From Heptranchias perlo (Eukaryota), in the NCBI RefSeq assembly GCF_035084215.1, contig NW_027139591.1, positions 1 through 64,000 on the forward strand: DNA of 64,000 bases, written 5' to 3'. Each line of letters begins with the position of its first letter. The stretch's first letter is position 1. Position numbers and translations under genes: made by a program. Under the pieces are notes generated by a model. The model did no database searches and was not told the DNA's origin. It saw only the letters and a program-made list of their open reading frames with translations. This document shows, one piece after another, positions 38,160 to 49,771 of the stretch.

Positions 38160-39405
38160 GGGGGAGCGCTGCACTGTCAAAGGGGCAGTACTGAGGGAGA
38201 GCGGCACTGTCGGAGGGTCAGTACTGAGGGAGAGCTGCACTGTCAAAGAGGCAGTACTGAGGGAGTGCTGCACTGTCGGAGGGTCAGTACTGAGGGAGAG
38301 CGGCACTGTCGGAGGGTCAGTACTGAGGGAGTGCTGCACTGTCGGAGGGTCAGTACTGAGGGAGAGCTGCACTGTCGGAGGGTCAGTACTGAGGCAGAGC
38401 GGCACTGTCAAAGGGGCAGTACTGAGGGAGAGCGGCACTGTCGGAGGGTCAGTACTGAGGGAGAGCGGCACTGTCGGAGGGTCAGTACTGAGGGAGAGCG
38501 GCACTGTCGGAGGGTCAGTACTGAGGGAGTGCGGTACTGTCGGAGGGTCAGTACTGAGGGAGAGCGGCACTGTCGGAGGGTCAGTACTGAGGGAGAGCGG
38601 CACTGTCGGAGGGTCAGTACTGAGGGAGAGCGGCACTGTCGGAGGGTCAGTACTGAGGGAGAGCGGCACTGTCGGAGGGTCAGTACTGAGGGAGTGCGGT
38701 ACTGTCGGAGGGTCAGTACTGAGGGAGAGCTGCACTGTCTGAGGGTCAGTACTGAGGGAGTGCGGTACTGTCGGAGGGTCAGTACTGAGGGAGCGCTGCA
38801 CTGTCTGAGGGACAGTACTGAGGGAGTGCTGCACTGTCTGAGGGTCAGTACTGAGGGAGTGCTGCACTGTCGGAGGGTCAGTACTGAGGGAGCGCTGCAC
38901 TGTCGGAGGGGCAGTACTGAGGGAGTGCGATACTGTCGGAGGGTCAGTACTGAGGGAGAGCTGCACTGTCGGAGGGTCAGTACTGAGGGAGAGCTGCACT
39001 GTCGGAGGGTCAGTACTGAGGGAGTGCTGCACTGTCGGAGGGTCAGTACTGAGGGAGTGCGGCACTGTGGGAGGTGCCATCTTTCGGATGAGATGTTAAG
39101 TCAAGGCCCCAACTGCCATCTCAGGTGGAGGTGAAACATCCCATGACATTATTTCGAGGATGAGCAGGAGAGTTATCCCCGGTGTCCTGGCCAATATTTA
39201 TCCCTCAATAAACATGAATATAAAAAAAGTGATCTGATCATTATCACATTGCTGGTTGTGGGATCTTGCTGTGCGCAAATTGGCTGCCGGGTTTTCCACA
39301 TCACAACAGTGACGACACTTCAAAATAGTTTAATTGGCTGTAAAGTGCTTTGAGACATCCTGAGCTCATGAAAGGTGTTATATAAATACACCTCTTCCTT
39401 TTCTC
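38160..39405 (+). mobile_element. Headless Deu-SINE with a 33-bp expansion (38160-39070, ~27 copies)
   Basis: The array is followed by ggaggtgccatctttcggatgagatgttaa, gatcttgctgtgcgcaaattggctgcc and an L2-like tail. Confidence 0.85.
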
Positions 39406-39584
39406 TTTCAATAGCACATGCCCACCTTTCATGGTGTTACACTGAGCAAAATCCCCTTCAATTTACCCAATAGCACAATTGGTAAATGACCTGCCCAATC
39501 TGGAACAAAGACGGACAGACCAGAGGGTCCCAGATTTAACCCCTGGCCTCTGCTGAGTGGGAGGATTTCAATTGGAGAGACTGC

Positions 39585-40760
39585 CCTTTCCCCATAGCCC
39601 TGTCACAATCCAAACTAACCCCACTGCCCCACTCTCTCCCCATAGCCGTGTATCAATCCCAAACTAATCCCACTGCCCCACTCTCTCCCCATAGCCCTGT
39701 CACAATCCAAACTAACCCCACTGCCCCACTCTCTCCCCATAGCCCTGTATCAATCCCAAACTAACCCCACTGCCCCACTCTCTCCCCATAGCCCTGTATC
39801 AATCCCAAACTAATCCCACTGCCCCACTCTCTCCCCATAGCCCTGTGTCAATCCCAAACTAACCCCACTGCCCCACTCTCTCCCCATAGCCGTGTATCAA
39901 TCCCAAACTAATCCCACTGTCCCACTCTCTCCCCATAGCCCTGTCACAATCCAAACTAACCCCACTGCCCCACTCTCTCCCCATAGCCCTGTATCAATCC
40001 CAAACTAATCCCACTGCCCCACTCTCTCCCCATAGCCCTGTATCAATCCCAAACTAATCCCACTGCCCCACTCTCTCCCCAGAGCCCTGTATCAATCCCA
40101 AACTAATCCCACTGCCCCGCGCCCTCCCCATAGCCCTGTCTCAATCCAAACTAACCCCACTGCCCCACTCTCTCCCCATAGCCCTGTATCAATCCCAAAC
40201 TAATCCCACTGCCCCGCGCCCTCCCCATAGCCCAGTATCAATCCCAAACTAATCCCACTGCCCCACTCTCTCCCCAGAGCCCTGTATCAATCCCAAACTA
40301 ATCCCACTGCCCCGCGCCCTCCCCATAGCCCTGTCTCAATCCAAACTAACCCCACTGCCCCACTCTCTCCCCATAGCCCTGTATCAATCCCAAACTAATC
40401 CCACTGCCCCGCGCCCTCCCCATAGCCCTGTATCAATCCCAAACTAATCCCACTGCCCCTCGCCCTCCCCATAGCCCTGTATCAATCCCAAACTAATCCC
40501 ACTGCCCCACTCTCTCCCCATAGCCCTGTATCAATCCCAAACTAAACCCACTGCTCTGTATCTCCCCATAGCCCTGTATCAATCCCAAACTAATCCCACT
40601 GCCCTACTCTCTCCCCATAGCCCTGCATCAATCCCAAACTAATCCCACTGCCCCACTCTCTCCCCATCGCCCTGCATCAATCCCAAACTAATCCCACTGC
40701 CCCACTCTCTCCCCATAGTCCTGTATCAATCCCAAACTAACCTCACTGCTCTGTATCTCC
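39585..40760. repeat. 49-bp minisatellite CCATAGCCCTGTATCAATCCCAAACTAATCCCACTGCCCCACTCTCTCC (~24 copies), probably derived from a CR1 tail
   Basis: Period 49 (e.g. 39981 to 40030); followed by CR1-tail-like sequence at 40780-40900. Confidence 0.93.
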
Positions 40761-41224
40761 CTGAGCTTCGAATGTTTAGCCACCCTTCCCTTAAAACATA
40801 CAATGGTCTCTGTCTCAACCACTCCCTGTGGCCAAAAAATTGCAATCTGTAACCATCATCTGTCAAAAGAAATGGCCAATAGTTTCCCCTCCTTGGCATT
40901 GCACTGTTATTTTACAGTGTGTAATTCTGCAGTCTCTATCCCTGATATCAGGTGGTTCGTGTGTTGATTTAATCTGCAGAGTACAGGAATTGCACTTTAA
41001 ACTCTGTAACTAGTCAGGAACTGCCCTGTTTCTGAGAATAATCAATGGTAACTAGTTGTATTCTGCTTATTATTTGTAATGGAGCCAGTTAGGCATGTTT
41101 CAATCCATTTTTAATTGTTCATTACCCTATCAGACATGTACTGTACCAGTGTGCAGCTTAATGAAGCACCTAATGAAATCATTAGGAAATAATTATTGAT
41201 CAACATCATTTTAAAATTCAATAG

Positions 41225-41415
41225 AGAGGGCGACAGAAGGAGGCACGAATGTCGGGATTGGGACTGGAGCAGCAGCCGTCTCACTCACTCTTCTTGGCAT
41301 CATCGTCGGAATTGGCTTCTGGAGCAAGAGGCAAAACAGGAGAGACCAGCAGAGCCCATCAGAGACCAGCAAAACCCATCAGAGACCAGTAGAAACTGGC
41401 AGAGTCCTGCCGTGA
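41225..41415 (+). CDS. MHC class I-like heavy chain, connecting peptide/TM/cytoplasmic exon
   Basis: ttcaatag/ acceptor, phase 1. ERATEGGTNVGIGTGAAAVSLTLLGIIVGIGFWSKRQNRRDQQSPSETSKTHQRPVETGRVLP* (TGA at 41413-41415). Confidence 0.85.
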
Positions 41416-41600
41416 TGAGCAGAGACCGGCAGAGTCCTGCAGTGACCGGCAGAGTCCTGCAGTGACCGGCAGAGACCAGTAAGACCGGCAGAGTTCTGCA
41501 GTGACCAGCAGAGAACATCAGAGACCAGAAGGGACTGGCAGAGACCAGCAGAAAGCGACAGAGTCCAGCAGAGACAGACAATGTCAGAGACGAGCAGAGA
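41341..41600. repeat. Degenerate 10/20-bp repeat (AGAGACCAGC/AGAGTCCTGC/AGTGACCGGC) overlapping the class I tail and 3' UTR
   Basis: Decamer periodicity is visible directly. Confidence 0.8.
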
Positions 41601-41765
41601 ACAGCAGGTTCCTCACCTGCTGACCAACAAGATCCATTTTCAGTAGTTAATTCCACGAACGATATATTTTCTTCCATTCTCCTCCCATATTCTCCTGAAG
41701 TTGCAAACTCTTAACTGGTGTACGTGCCAGGACCACCCATAATATCACCCGTGCTCCATCTTCAG

Positions 41766-42690
41766 ATGTTTGATGGGACAGTGTAGAGGGAGCTTTACCT
41801 GTATCTAACCCATGCTGTACCTGCCCTGGGAGTGTTTGATGGGACAGTGTAGAGGAAGCTTTACTCTGTATCTAACCCATGCTGTACCTGCCCTGGGAGT
41901 GTTTGATGGGACAGTGTAGAGGGAGCTTTACTCTGTATCTAACCCATGCTGTACCTGCCCTGGGAGTGTTTGATGGGACAGTGTAGAGGAAGCTTTACTC
42001 TGTATCTAACCCGTGCTGTACCTGCCCTGGGAGTGTTTGATGGGACAGTGTAGAGGGAGCTTTACTCTGTATCTAACCCATGCTGTATCTGCCCTGGGAG
42101 TGTTTGATGGGACAGTGTAGAGGGAGATTTACTCTCAATCTAACCCATGCTGTACCTGCCCTGGGAGTGTTTGATGGGACAGTGTAGAGGGAGCTTTACT
42201 CTGTATCTAACCCATGCTGTACCTGCCCTGGGAGTGTTTGATGGGACAGTTTAGATGGAGCTTTACTCTGGATCTAACCCGTGCTGTACCTGCCCTGGGA
42301 GTGTTTGATGGGACAGTTTAGATGGAGCTTTACTCTGTATCTAACCCATGCTGTACCTGCTCTGGGAGTGTTTGATGGGACAGTTTAGATGGAGCTTTAC
42401 TCTGTATCTAACCCATGCTGTACCTGCCCTGGGAGTGTTTGATGGGACAGTGTAGAGGGAGCTTTACTCTGTATCTAACCCATGCTGTACCTGCCCTGGG
42501 AGTGTTTGATGGGACAGTGTAGAGGGAGCTTTACTCTGTATCTAACCCATGCTGTACCTGCCCTGGGAGTGTTTGATGGGACAGTGTAGAGGAAGCTTTA
42601 CTCTGTATCTAACCCATGATGTACCTACCCTGGGAGTGTTTGATGGGACAGTTTAGAGGGAGATTTACTCTATCTAGCCCATGGTGTACC
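41766..42690. repeat. 67-bp minisatellite (GTGTTTGATGGGACAGTGTAGAGGGAGCTTTACTCTGTATCTAACCCATGCTGTACCTGCCCTGGGA, ~14 copies)
   Basis: Unit read directly; resembles a LINE-associated tandem tail I recall from shark sequence. Confidence 0.95.
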
Positions 42691-42924
42691 TGGCCATACC
42701 CATGTTTATACCAGCTGTGGTTTGTCCTGTACAGCAAAAGTTCCCACAACCCACACCCACACACCAGAGGCAAGTATTCCGCTAGATGTCAACCCAGAAT
42801 TCAGGGTGAGTCTCCACTCGCTGGGACTGGGGCTCAAACCCTGCCCTTTCTGACTCAGGGGCAAGAATTCTACAGTTAAGCCAAAGGTTCGCTCCCACCG
42901 AGAGGGGACAATTGGATTGAAAGA

Positions 42925-45900
42925 AAGTACTTGCATTTACATAGTGCCTTTCACGACCATAGGTCGTCCCAAACCTTTACAGCCAATGAAGTACTTTTGA
43001 AGTGTAGTCACTGTTGTCATGTAGTAAACATGGCAGCCGATTTACACTCAGCAAGATCCCACAAACAGCAACGTGATAATGAGCAGATCATCTGTTTTTC
43101 AGTGATGTTGGTTGAGGGATAAATATTGGCCAGGACACCAGGGAGAACAGGATACAGCACAAATCCTCGCCATGCTTCCCACCACCTCCAGGGGCTCGGC
43201 CATCAGGTTACATCGTCCACCGCGAATAGCAGGTGAATCCCCCTCGCACGAACCCGTCTACCACCACCCAACGGTGTCAGCTATGGCTCAGTGGGTGGTC
43301 GAAATAGTGTTATGGGATCTTTTACGTCTGCCAGAGACGTTAGACAGGGCCTCGGTTTAACATCTCATCCGAAAGATGGCACCCCGTCAGTGCAGCACTC
43401 CCTCAGTACTGTCCCTCAGATAGTACAGCACTCCCTCAGTACTGACCCTCAGATAGTACAGCACTCCCTCAGTACTGACCCTCCGACAGTGCAGCGCTCC
43501 CTCAGTACTGACCCTCCGACAGTGCAGCGCTCCCTCAGTGCTGACCCTCCGACAGTGCAGCGCTCCCTCAGTCCTGTCCCTCTGACAGTGCAGCGCTCCC
43601 TCAGTACTGCCCCTCAGATAGTACAGCACTCCCTCAGTACTGACCCTCCGACAGTGCAGCGCTCCCTCAGTACTGACCCTCCGACAGTGCAGCGCTCCCT
43701 CAGTGCTGACCCTCCCACAGCACAGCGCTCCCTCAGTGCTGACCCTCCGACAGTGCAGCGCTCCCTCAGTGCTGTCCCTCCGACAGTGCAGCGCTCCCTC
43801 AGTACTGTCCCTCCGACAGTGCAGCGCTCCCTCAGTACTGTCCCTCCGACAGTGCAGTGCTCCCTCAGTACTGTCCCTGCGACAGCGCAGTGCTCCCTCA
43901 GTACTGCCCCTCCGACTGTGCAGCACTCCCTCAGTACTGCCCCTCCGACAGCGCAGCACTCCCTCAGTACTGCCCCTCCGACTGTGCAGCACTCCCTCAG
44001 TACTGCCCCTCCGACAGCGCAGCACTCCCTCAGTACTGCCCCTCCGACTGTGCAGCACTCCCTCAGTACTGCCCCTCTGACAGTGCAGTGCTCTCTCAGT
44101 ACTGCCCCTCCGACTGTGCAGCACTCTCTCAGTCCTGACCCTCCGACTGTGCAGCACTCTCTCAGTCCTGCCCCTCCGACTGTGCAGCACTCCCTCAGTA
44201 CTGCCCCTCCGACTGTGCAGCACTCTCTCAGTACTGCCCCTGCGACAGCGCAGTGCTCTCTCAGTACTGCCCCTGCGACAGCGCAGCACTCCCTCAGTAC
44301 TGCCCCTCCGACTGTGCAGCACTCCCTCAGTACTGCCCCTCTGACAGTGCAGTGCTCTCTCAGTACTGCCCCTCCGACTGTGCAGCACTCTCTCAGCACT
44401 GACCCTCCGACACCGCAGTGCTCTCTCAGCACTGACCCTCCGACACCGCAGTGCTCTCTCAGTACTGCCCCTGCGACAGCGCAGTGCTCTCTCAGTACTG
44501 CCCCTGCGACAGCGCAGTGCTCCCTCAGTACTGCCCCTCCGACAGCGCAGTGCTCCCTCAGTACTGCCCCTGCGACAGCGCAGTGCTCTCTCAGTACTGC
44601 CCCTGCGACAGCGCAGTGCTCCCTCAGTACTGCCCCTCCGACAGCGCAGTGCTCCCTCAGTACTGCCCCTGCGACAGCGCAGTGCTCCCTCAGTACTGCC
44701 CCTCCGACAGCGCAGTGCTCTCTCAGTACTGCCCCTCCGACAGCGCAGTGCTCCCTCAGTACTGCCCCTGCGACAGCGCAGTGCTCCCTCAGTACTGCCC
44801 CTCCGACAGCGCAGTGCTCCCTCAGTACTGCCCCTCCGACAGCGCAGTGCTCCCTCAGTACTGCCCCTCCGACAGCGCAGTGCTCTCTCAGTACTGCCCC
44901 TCCGACAGCGCAGTGCTCCCTCAGTACTGCCCCTCCGACAGCGCAGTGCTCTCTCAGTACTGCCCCTCCGACAGCGCAGTGCTCTCTCAGTACTGCCCCT
45001 CCGACAGCGCAGTGCTCCCTCAGTACTGCCCCTCCGACAGCGCAGTGCTCTCTCAGTACTGCCCCTCCGACAGCGCAGTGCTCTCTCAGTACTGCCCCTC
45101 CGACAGCGCAGTGCTCTCTCAGTACTGCCCCTCCGACAGCGCAGTGCTCCCTCAGTACTGCCCCTCCGACAGCGCAGTGCTCCCTCAGTGCTGCCCCTCC
45201 GACAGCGCAGTGCTCCCTCAGTACTGCCCCTCCGACAGCGCAGTGCTCTCTCAGTACTGCCCCTCCGACAGCGCAGTGCTCCCTCAGTACTGCCCCTGCG
45301 ACAGCGCAGTGCTCCCTCAGTACTGCCCCTCCGACAGCGCAGTGCTCTCTCAGTACTGCCCCTCCAACAGCGCAGTGCTCCCTCAGTACTGCCCCTGCGA
45401 CAGCGCAGTGCTCCCTCAGTACTGCCCCTCCGACAGCGCAGTGCTCTCTCAGTACTGCCCCTCCGACAGCGCAGTGCTCCCTCAGTACTGTCCCTCCGAC
45501 AGCGCAGTGCTCCCTCAGTACTGCCCCTCCGACAGCGCAGAGCTCTCTCAGTACTGTCCCTCCGACAGCGCAGTGCTCCCTCAGTACTGCCCCTGCGACA
45601 GCGCAGTGCTCTCTCAGTACTGCCCCTGCGACAGCGCAGTGCTCCCTCAGTACTGCCCCTCCGACAGCGCAGTGCTCCCTCAGTACTGCCCCTGCGACAG
45701 CGCAGTGCTCCCTCAGTACTGTCCCTCCGACAGCGCAGTGCTCCCTCAGTACTGCCCCTCTGACTGTGCAGCACTCCCTCAGTACTGCCCCTCCGACAGC
45801 GCAGAGCTCTCTCAGTACTGTCCCTCCGACAGTGCAGTGCTCCCTCACTACTGCACTCGGTGTGTCAGGCTAGATTTTGTGCTCAAGTCTCTGAAGTGGG

Positions 45901-45965
45901 ACTTGATCCCATGACCTTGTGACTGAGAGAGGGGAGTGCTACCCACTGAGCCATAGCTGACACCG
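42925..45965 (-). mobile_element. Full-length Deu-domain tRNA-SINE with a 33-bp expansion (43385-45855, ~75 copies)
   Basis: Head ggtgtcagctatggctcagtggg (A box) ... gggatcaagtccc (B box) at 45965-45895; Deu segment at 43345-43385; tail at 42925. Confidence 0.88.
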
Positions 45966-46285
45966 TTGGGTGGTGGTCGAGTCCCCACCACTTATAATAG
46001 ACGGGTTCGTGCGAGGGGGATTCACCTGCTATTCGCGGTGGACGATGTGACCTGATGGCCGAGCCCCTGGAGGTGGTGGGAAGCATGGCGAGGGTTTGTG
46101 CTGTATCCTCACACTGATCAGGGTCAGGCCTCTTGAAACCTGTTGGTATTTTCGAGATATATTTTGTAAACTCACGTCACTCAAGTTTAGATTTAAACAC
46201 TGGCGACAGCATCAATTGTTGGTTTGTGATTGGCCGTTGCCATGCTGTGAGTGTGACCCTTTACTCTACTCTCGCCATTGCAGCC

Positions 46286-47402
46286 GGGGTGGGTTTCCTG
46301 GTGAAGTTTCTAAAGTAGCCGATTGATGTAAGATTCATTACTCGTGATGAGAGTTTACTCTGCGTATCTACTGCTCCGAGTGGGGACACGGGGAGCGTTC
46401 TGCTAAAGAGGTTCTGGAGTTCGGGCTGAAACACGCAGCGGTCCTGGCCAGTTTCATCTCCGGCCCACTCCACCACCACAGCAGGTCAATATTTGTGAGA
46501 AGTAATCGCAGGAGTTATAGCGGCCATGGAGGGGGGCGGGATGGGGGGGTGACAGATGGCAGCAGGGGGCTGCCTGGAAGGACTTAATGACAGGTGATCG
46601 CCCTTTACAGATGTGCGAACAGCTGTTTGAACTGCCCGAAATGGTCGGCCCACTTAATACGGTTTAAGTGGGCACCTTATTACTGATGCTTATGGTGATG
46701 GGAGATGGTTACAGAGGCCGAGTGTGAAAAGACTTAACGATAACCCCATACTGGATATCACCTCGTGTGCAGTCAACTTTCTGGAAGTGCGAGCTGATAA
46801 CGGGCACGGAGAGGGCAACGGGGAATCTGGGACCTCAGTGACTGTCGAGACCAAAAGTCCATCTCCTTAACCATTGAGATTTAAGGATTGAGAAAGAATC
46901 AGAGGAACGACAGAGTGAATTAGTGTCAAATCAGGTACTGAAAGAGAAATAAAGAGGGAAGAAAAGATTGGATTAAAAAGAGACAGAAAGGAAAAGTAAG
47001 GAAAAAGAAGTTAAATTTTAAATTTTAAAAATCTCTAAGAAGAATTTACTACCTGCCGGGTGAGATTCACTTGTTTAAATCGTCCCCTTTCTGGGCTGGA
47101 GAGATTGATTAGCATTAACAATTCTCACATTGTTAAGAGGGTATTTACGATGTTAAGTTCCAGCCCTGACTTTGAGGCGAGTTTAACGGGCGATTAATGT
47201 GCAAATCCAGCAAGTTCTTAAAAATAACGGAGGTTGAGGTCGTGAGAAGCAAATGGCGGAACGGCGTAAATCGACCAGCAAATTCCGGAGATTTGCATCT
47301 CACGGTGTGTCTCTTAATCCCCTGACCTTGCTGGCCGATTTGTGCATTAATAACGACGTGTGTCGTGAGCCCCCCGTTACCTCTCCAGGAGAATTCCGCC
47401 CC
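46286..47402. mobile_element. Possible non-autonomous DNA transposon (GGGG...CCCC ends)
   Basis: Left end ggggtgggtttcctggtgaag versus reverse-complemented right end ggggcggaattctcctggagagg. No TSD seen. Confidence 0.3.
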
Positions 47403-47419
47403 GTTAACTCATTACAGTT

Positions 47420-47950
47420 TCAAATGACGCCGTTTAAAAGAGGTTCCGTGTTTCTCCTACTTTTGTTCAACCAAGGATTAAAGAAAGGGAACAGTTTGTC
47501 TTTGAACGTGTGAGTGAAAAAGTGCAGAGATGGAACATGTCATCAGCATTGTAAAAGGACACCTGTCCTTCCTCATAGACCCTGATCTTCCTGGGCTTGG
47601 TTGTTAGTTTGAGGACAGTGGAGGGTGAGGTCAGAGCCCCTTCGATGTGCTCGTACCTCTGACAGATGGTCCACTACCCAATCGAGGGTCAGCGTGATCT
47701 GCCCCTTCCTGTTAGCCGTCTCCTGGGCCAGTCCCAAGTCCCAGTCGGTCTTGTTGGCCGCCTCCATCTCCCAGTAGTGATTCCCTGAGGTGAATCCCTG
47801 GCTGCTCAGAACGCAGGTGCACTGCTCATACCCCTGGCAGACGTTGTTTAGGTTATTGGCTCAGATCATTGGCGTCCACCATGGTCAGGTCCTCAGGTAC
47901 TACAAGCCTGGACTGCCCGGTTCTGGGATCGAGAGTGATCAGAGCCAGCA
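47420..47950 (-). pseudogene. Decayed PRY-SPRY (B30.2) terminal exon, TRIM/butyrophilin type
   Basis: Phase-1 start VLALITLDPRTGQSRLVVPEDLTMV; CVLSSQGFTSGNHYWEMEAANKTDWDLGLAQETANRKG; G*WTI; [26 protein letters not shown]; FKDKLFPF. Several frameshifts, in-frame stops, and the LDY motif is partly deleted. Confidence 0.92.
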
Positions 47951-48275
47951 CTTTTAATAATAGACAGGGAGAACGTTATAAACATTCGACAATTATAACT
48001 GGAACATGAAAATACTGAAATCCAAGGTGATATATCGAGAAGGTGTTATCGGCTTTGCATACAGTACACAATTCCTTCTGGGGACACGTTCCCCCCTCAT
48101 ATCTTGCCGATAACACCCCTCTTTACGAAACAGTATATCCTCTGACTCGCCCCCTCCACAATCCCGCAGGGGAATCGTTCACCTTTATCAACATTTCCCC
48201 TTCTCTTGATACAGGGGTATTGATACCTTGCTCTGATCTGATTCCAATGGAGCCCTAGTACCTTCAGAATCTTAC

Positions 48276-48302
48276 CCACATGGCCGACCTTCATATATCA
48301 GC
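48276..48302 (-). pseudogene. Possible 27-bp penultimate exon before the B30.2 exon
   Basis: gcag/GCTGATATATGAAGGTCGGCCATGTGG/gtaaga; exactly 27 bp, phase 1-1, joins the B30.2 exon in frame. Contains a TGA (possibly CGA>TGA); weak pyrimidine tract. Confidence 0.35.
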
Positions 48303-48304
48303 CT

Positions 48305-48500
48305 GCACGGGGACTGCTGGCAAGCTATTATTCGACTGTGGAAGGCATCACAGCTCAGCCTGACCTGGGCCCCACCGGATTCCCACACGGGCGAGGGATC
48401 AGGACCAGGAACCGTAGCTCAGAGTCTGACTCACCCCCAGCCCAGGGAGAGCCGAGAATGATTGGTGCTCAGATCAGCTAACTTGGCCCAGGCTAGAAAT
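48305..48500 (-). mobile_element. Degenerate LF-SINE-like fragment
   Basis: Reverse complement contains gttagctgatctgagc and gctgtgatgccttccacagtcgaata. Confidence 0.45.
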
Positions 48501-48744
48501 GCCACAGGAGATAGAGGATCCATAAAGAAAATCACATCAATTGGGGAATATTTTCCTCTGTGTGTTAAGGTACAGAAAGATTCTTCTATTACTAAACTGG
48601 GGAGGTTTATAAGAAAATCTGTCTTTCACCTGAGTTCAAATACAACCCAGATGAAAGGTCGATAAAGGTTTCATGTGAGGAGAGTTTAGGGCCGTCTCAA
48701 GCAATTCTTGTTATTTGTGGGTCCATAGGGGATAGGAATTAATT

Positions 48745-49532
48745 GGGGAGTGGGCCTCAGTCGGGTCAGAGTGGGGAGTGGGATTCAGTCGGGTCAGAGT
48801 GGGGAGTGGGACTCAGTCGGGTCAGAGTGGGGAGTGGGCCTCAGTCGGGTTAGAGTGGGGAGTGGGACTCAGTCGGGTCAGAGTGGGGAGTGGGGCTCAG
48901 TCGGGTGTGAGTGGGGAGTGGGGCTCAGTCGGGTCAGAGTGGGGAGTGGGACTCAGTCGGGTCAGAGTGGGGAGTGGGGCTCGGTCGGGTCTGAGTGGGG
49001 AGTGGGATTCAGTCGGGTCAGAGTGGGGAGTGGGGCTCAGTCGGGTCAGAGTGGGGAGTGGGATTCAGTCGGGTCAGAGTGGGGAGTGGGACTCAGTCGG
49101 GTCAGAGTGGGGAGTGGGATTCAGTCGGGTCAGAGTGGGGAGTGGGGCTCAGTCGGGTCAGAGTGGGGAGTGGGGCTCAGTCGGGTCAGAGTGGGGAGTG
49201 GGACTCAGTCGGGTCAGAGTGGGGAGTGGGACTCAGTCGGGTCAGAGTGGGGAGTGGGACTCAGTCGGGTCAGAGTGGGGAGTGGGGCTCTGTCGGGTCA
49301 GAGTGGGGAGTGGGATTCAGTCGGGTCAGAGTGGGGAGTGGGGCTCTGTCGGGTCAGAGTGGGGAGTGGGGCTCAGTCGGGTCAGAGTGGGGAGTGGGTC
49401 TCAGTCGGGTCAGAGTGGGGAGTGGGGCTCAGTCGGGTCAGAGTGGGGAGTGGGGCTCAGTCGGGTCAGAGTGGGGAGTGGGGCTCAGTCGGGTCAGAGT
49501 GGGGAGTGGGATTCAGTCGGGTCAGAGTGGGA
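48745..49532. repeat. 28-bp G-rich minisatellite CAGAGTGGGGAGTGGGACTCAGTCGGGT (~28 copies)
   Basis: Unit read directly; three G-tracts per unit. Confidence 0.96.
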
Positions 49533-49771
49533 GACTTGTTTTTATGTTCACTGTAATGACCTCACGTATTAGATACACATTGAATGAATGATTTCACTTC
49601 ATCCTTAAAGGAGATCATGTCCGGCTTTATAATAAAAATACAAATGAGTCTCCGTGTGCAGAGTTTATCGAAGTTTGATCCTTGTGCATGTCTCTCCAGT
49701 TGGTTGCGGCATTGAAGGGGGGTGGGGGCGGTGGTATTTTCGGAGTCCCTGCTCCAGCGATGGGACCTCAC

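Noticed and set aside
27899-45914. Long ORFs with SLSTAPPTVQH, HCRRGSTEG or ASGSFPVPLG repeats
   Set aside because: Translations of intronic or SINE-derived minisatellites. Only 36419-36691 of the 818-aa ORF is a real exon.
48540-48596. FSNRRIFLY as a paralog of the FSVKRISAW exon
   Set aside because: Similarity is too short, the phase differs and there is an early stop.
49566-49624. 59-bp AG/GT-bounded exon in the B30.2-linked pseudogene
   Set aside because: Three stops in the frame required by the upstream exon.
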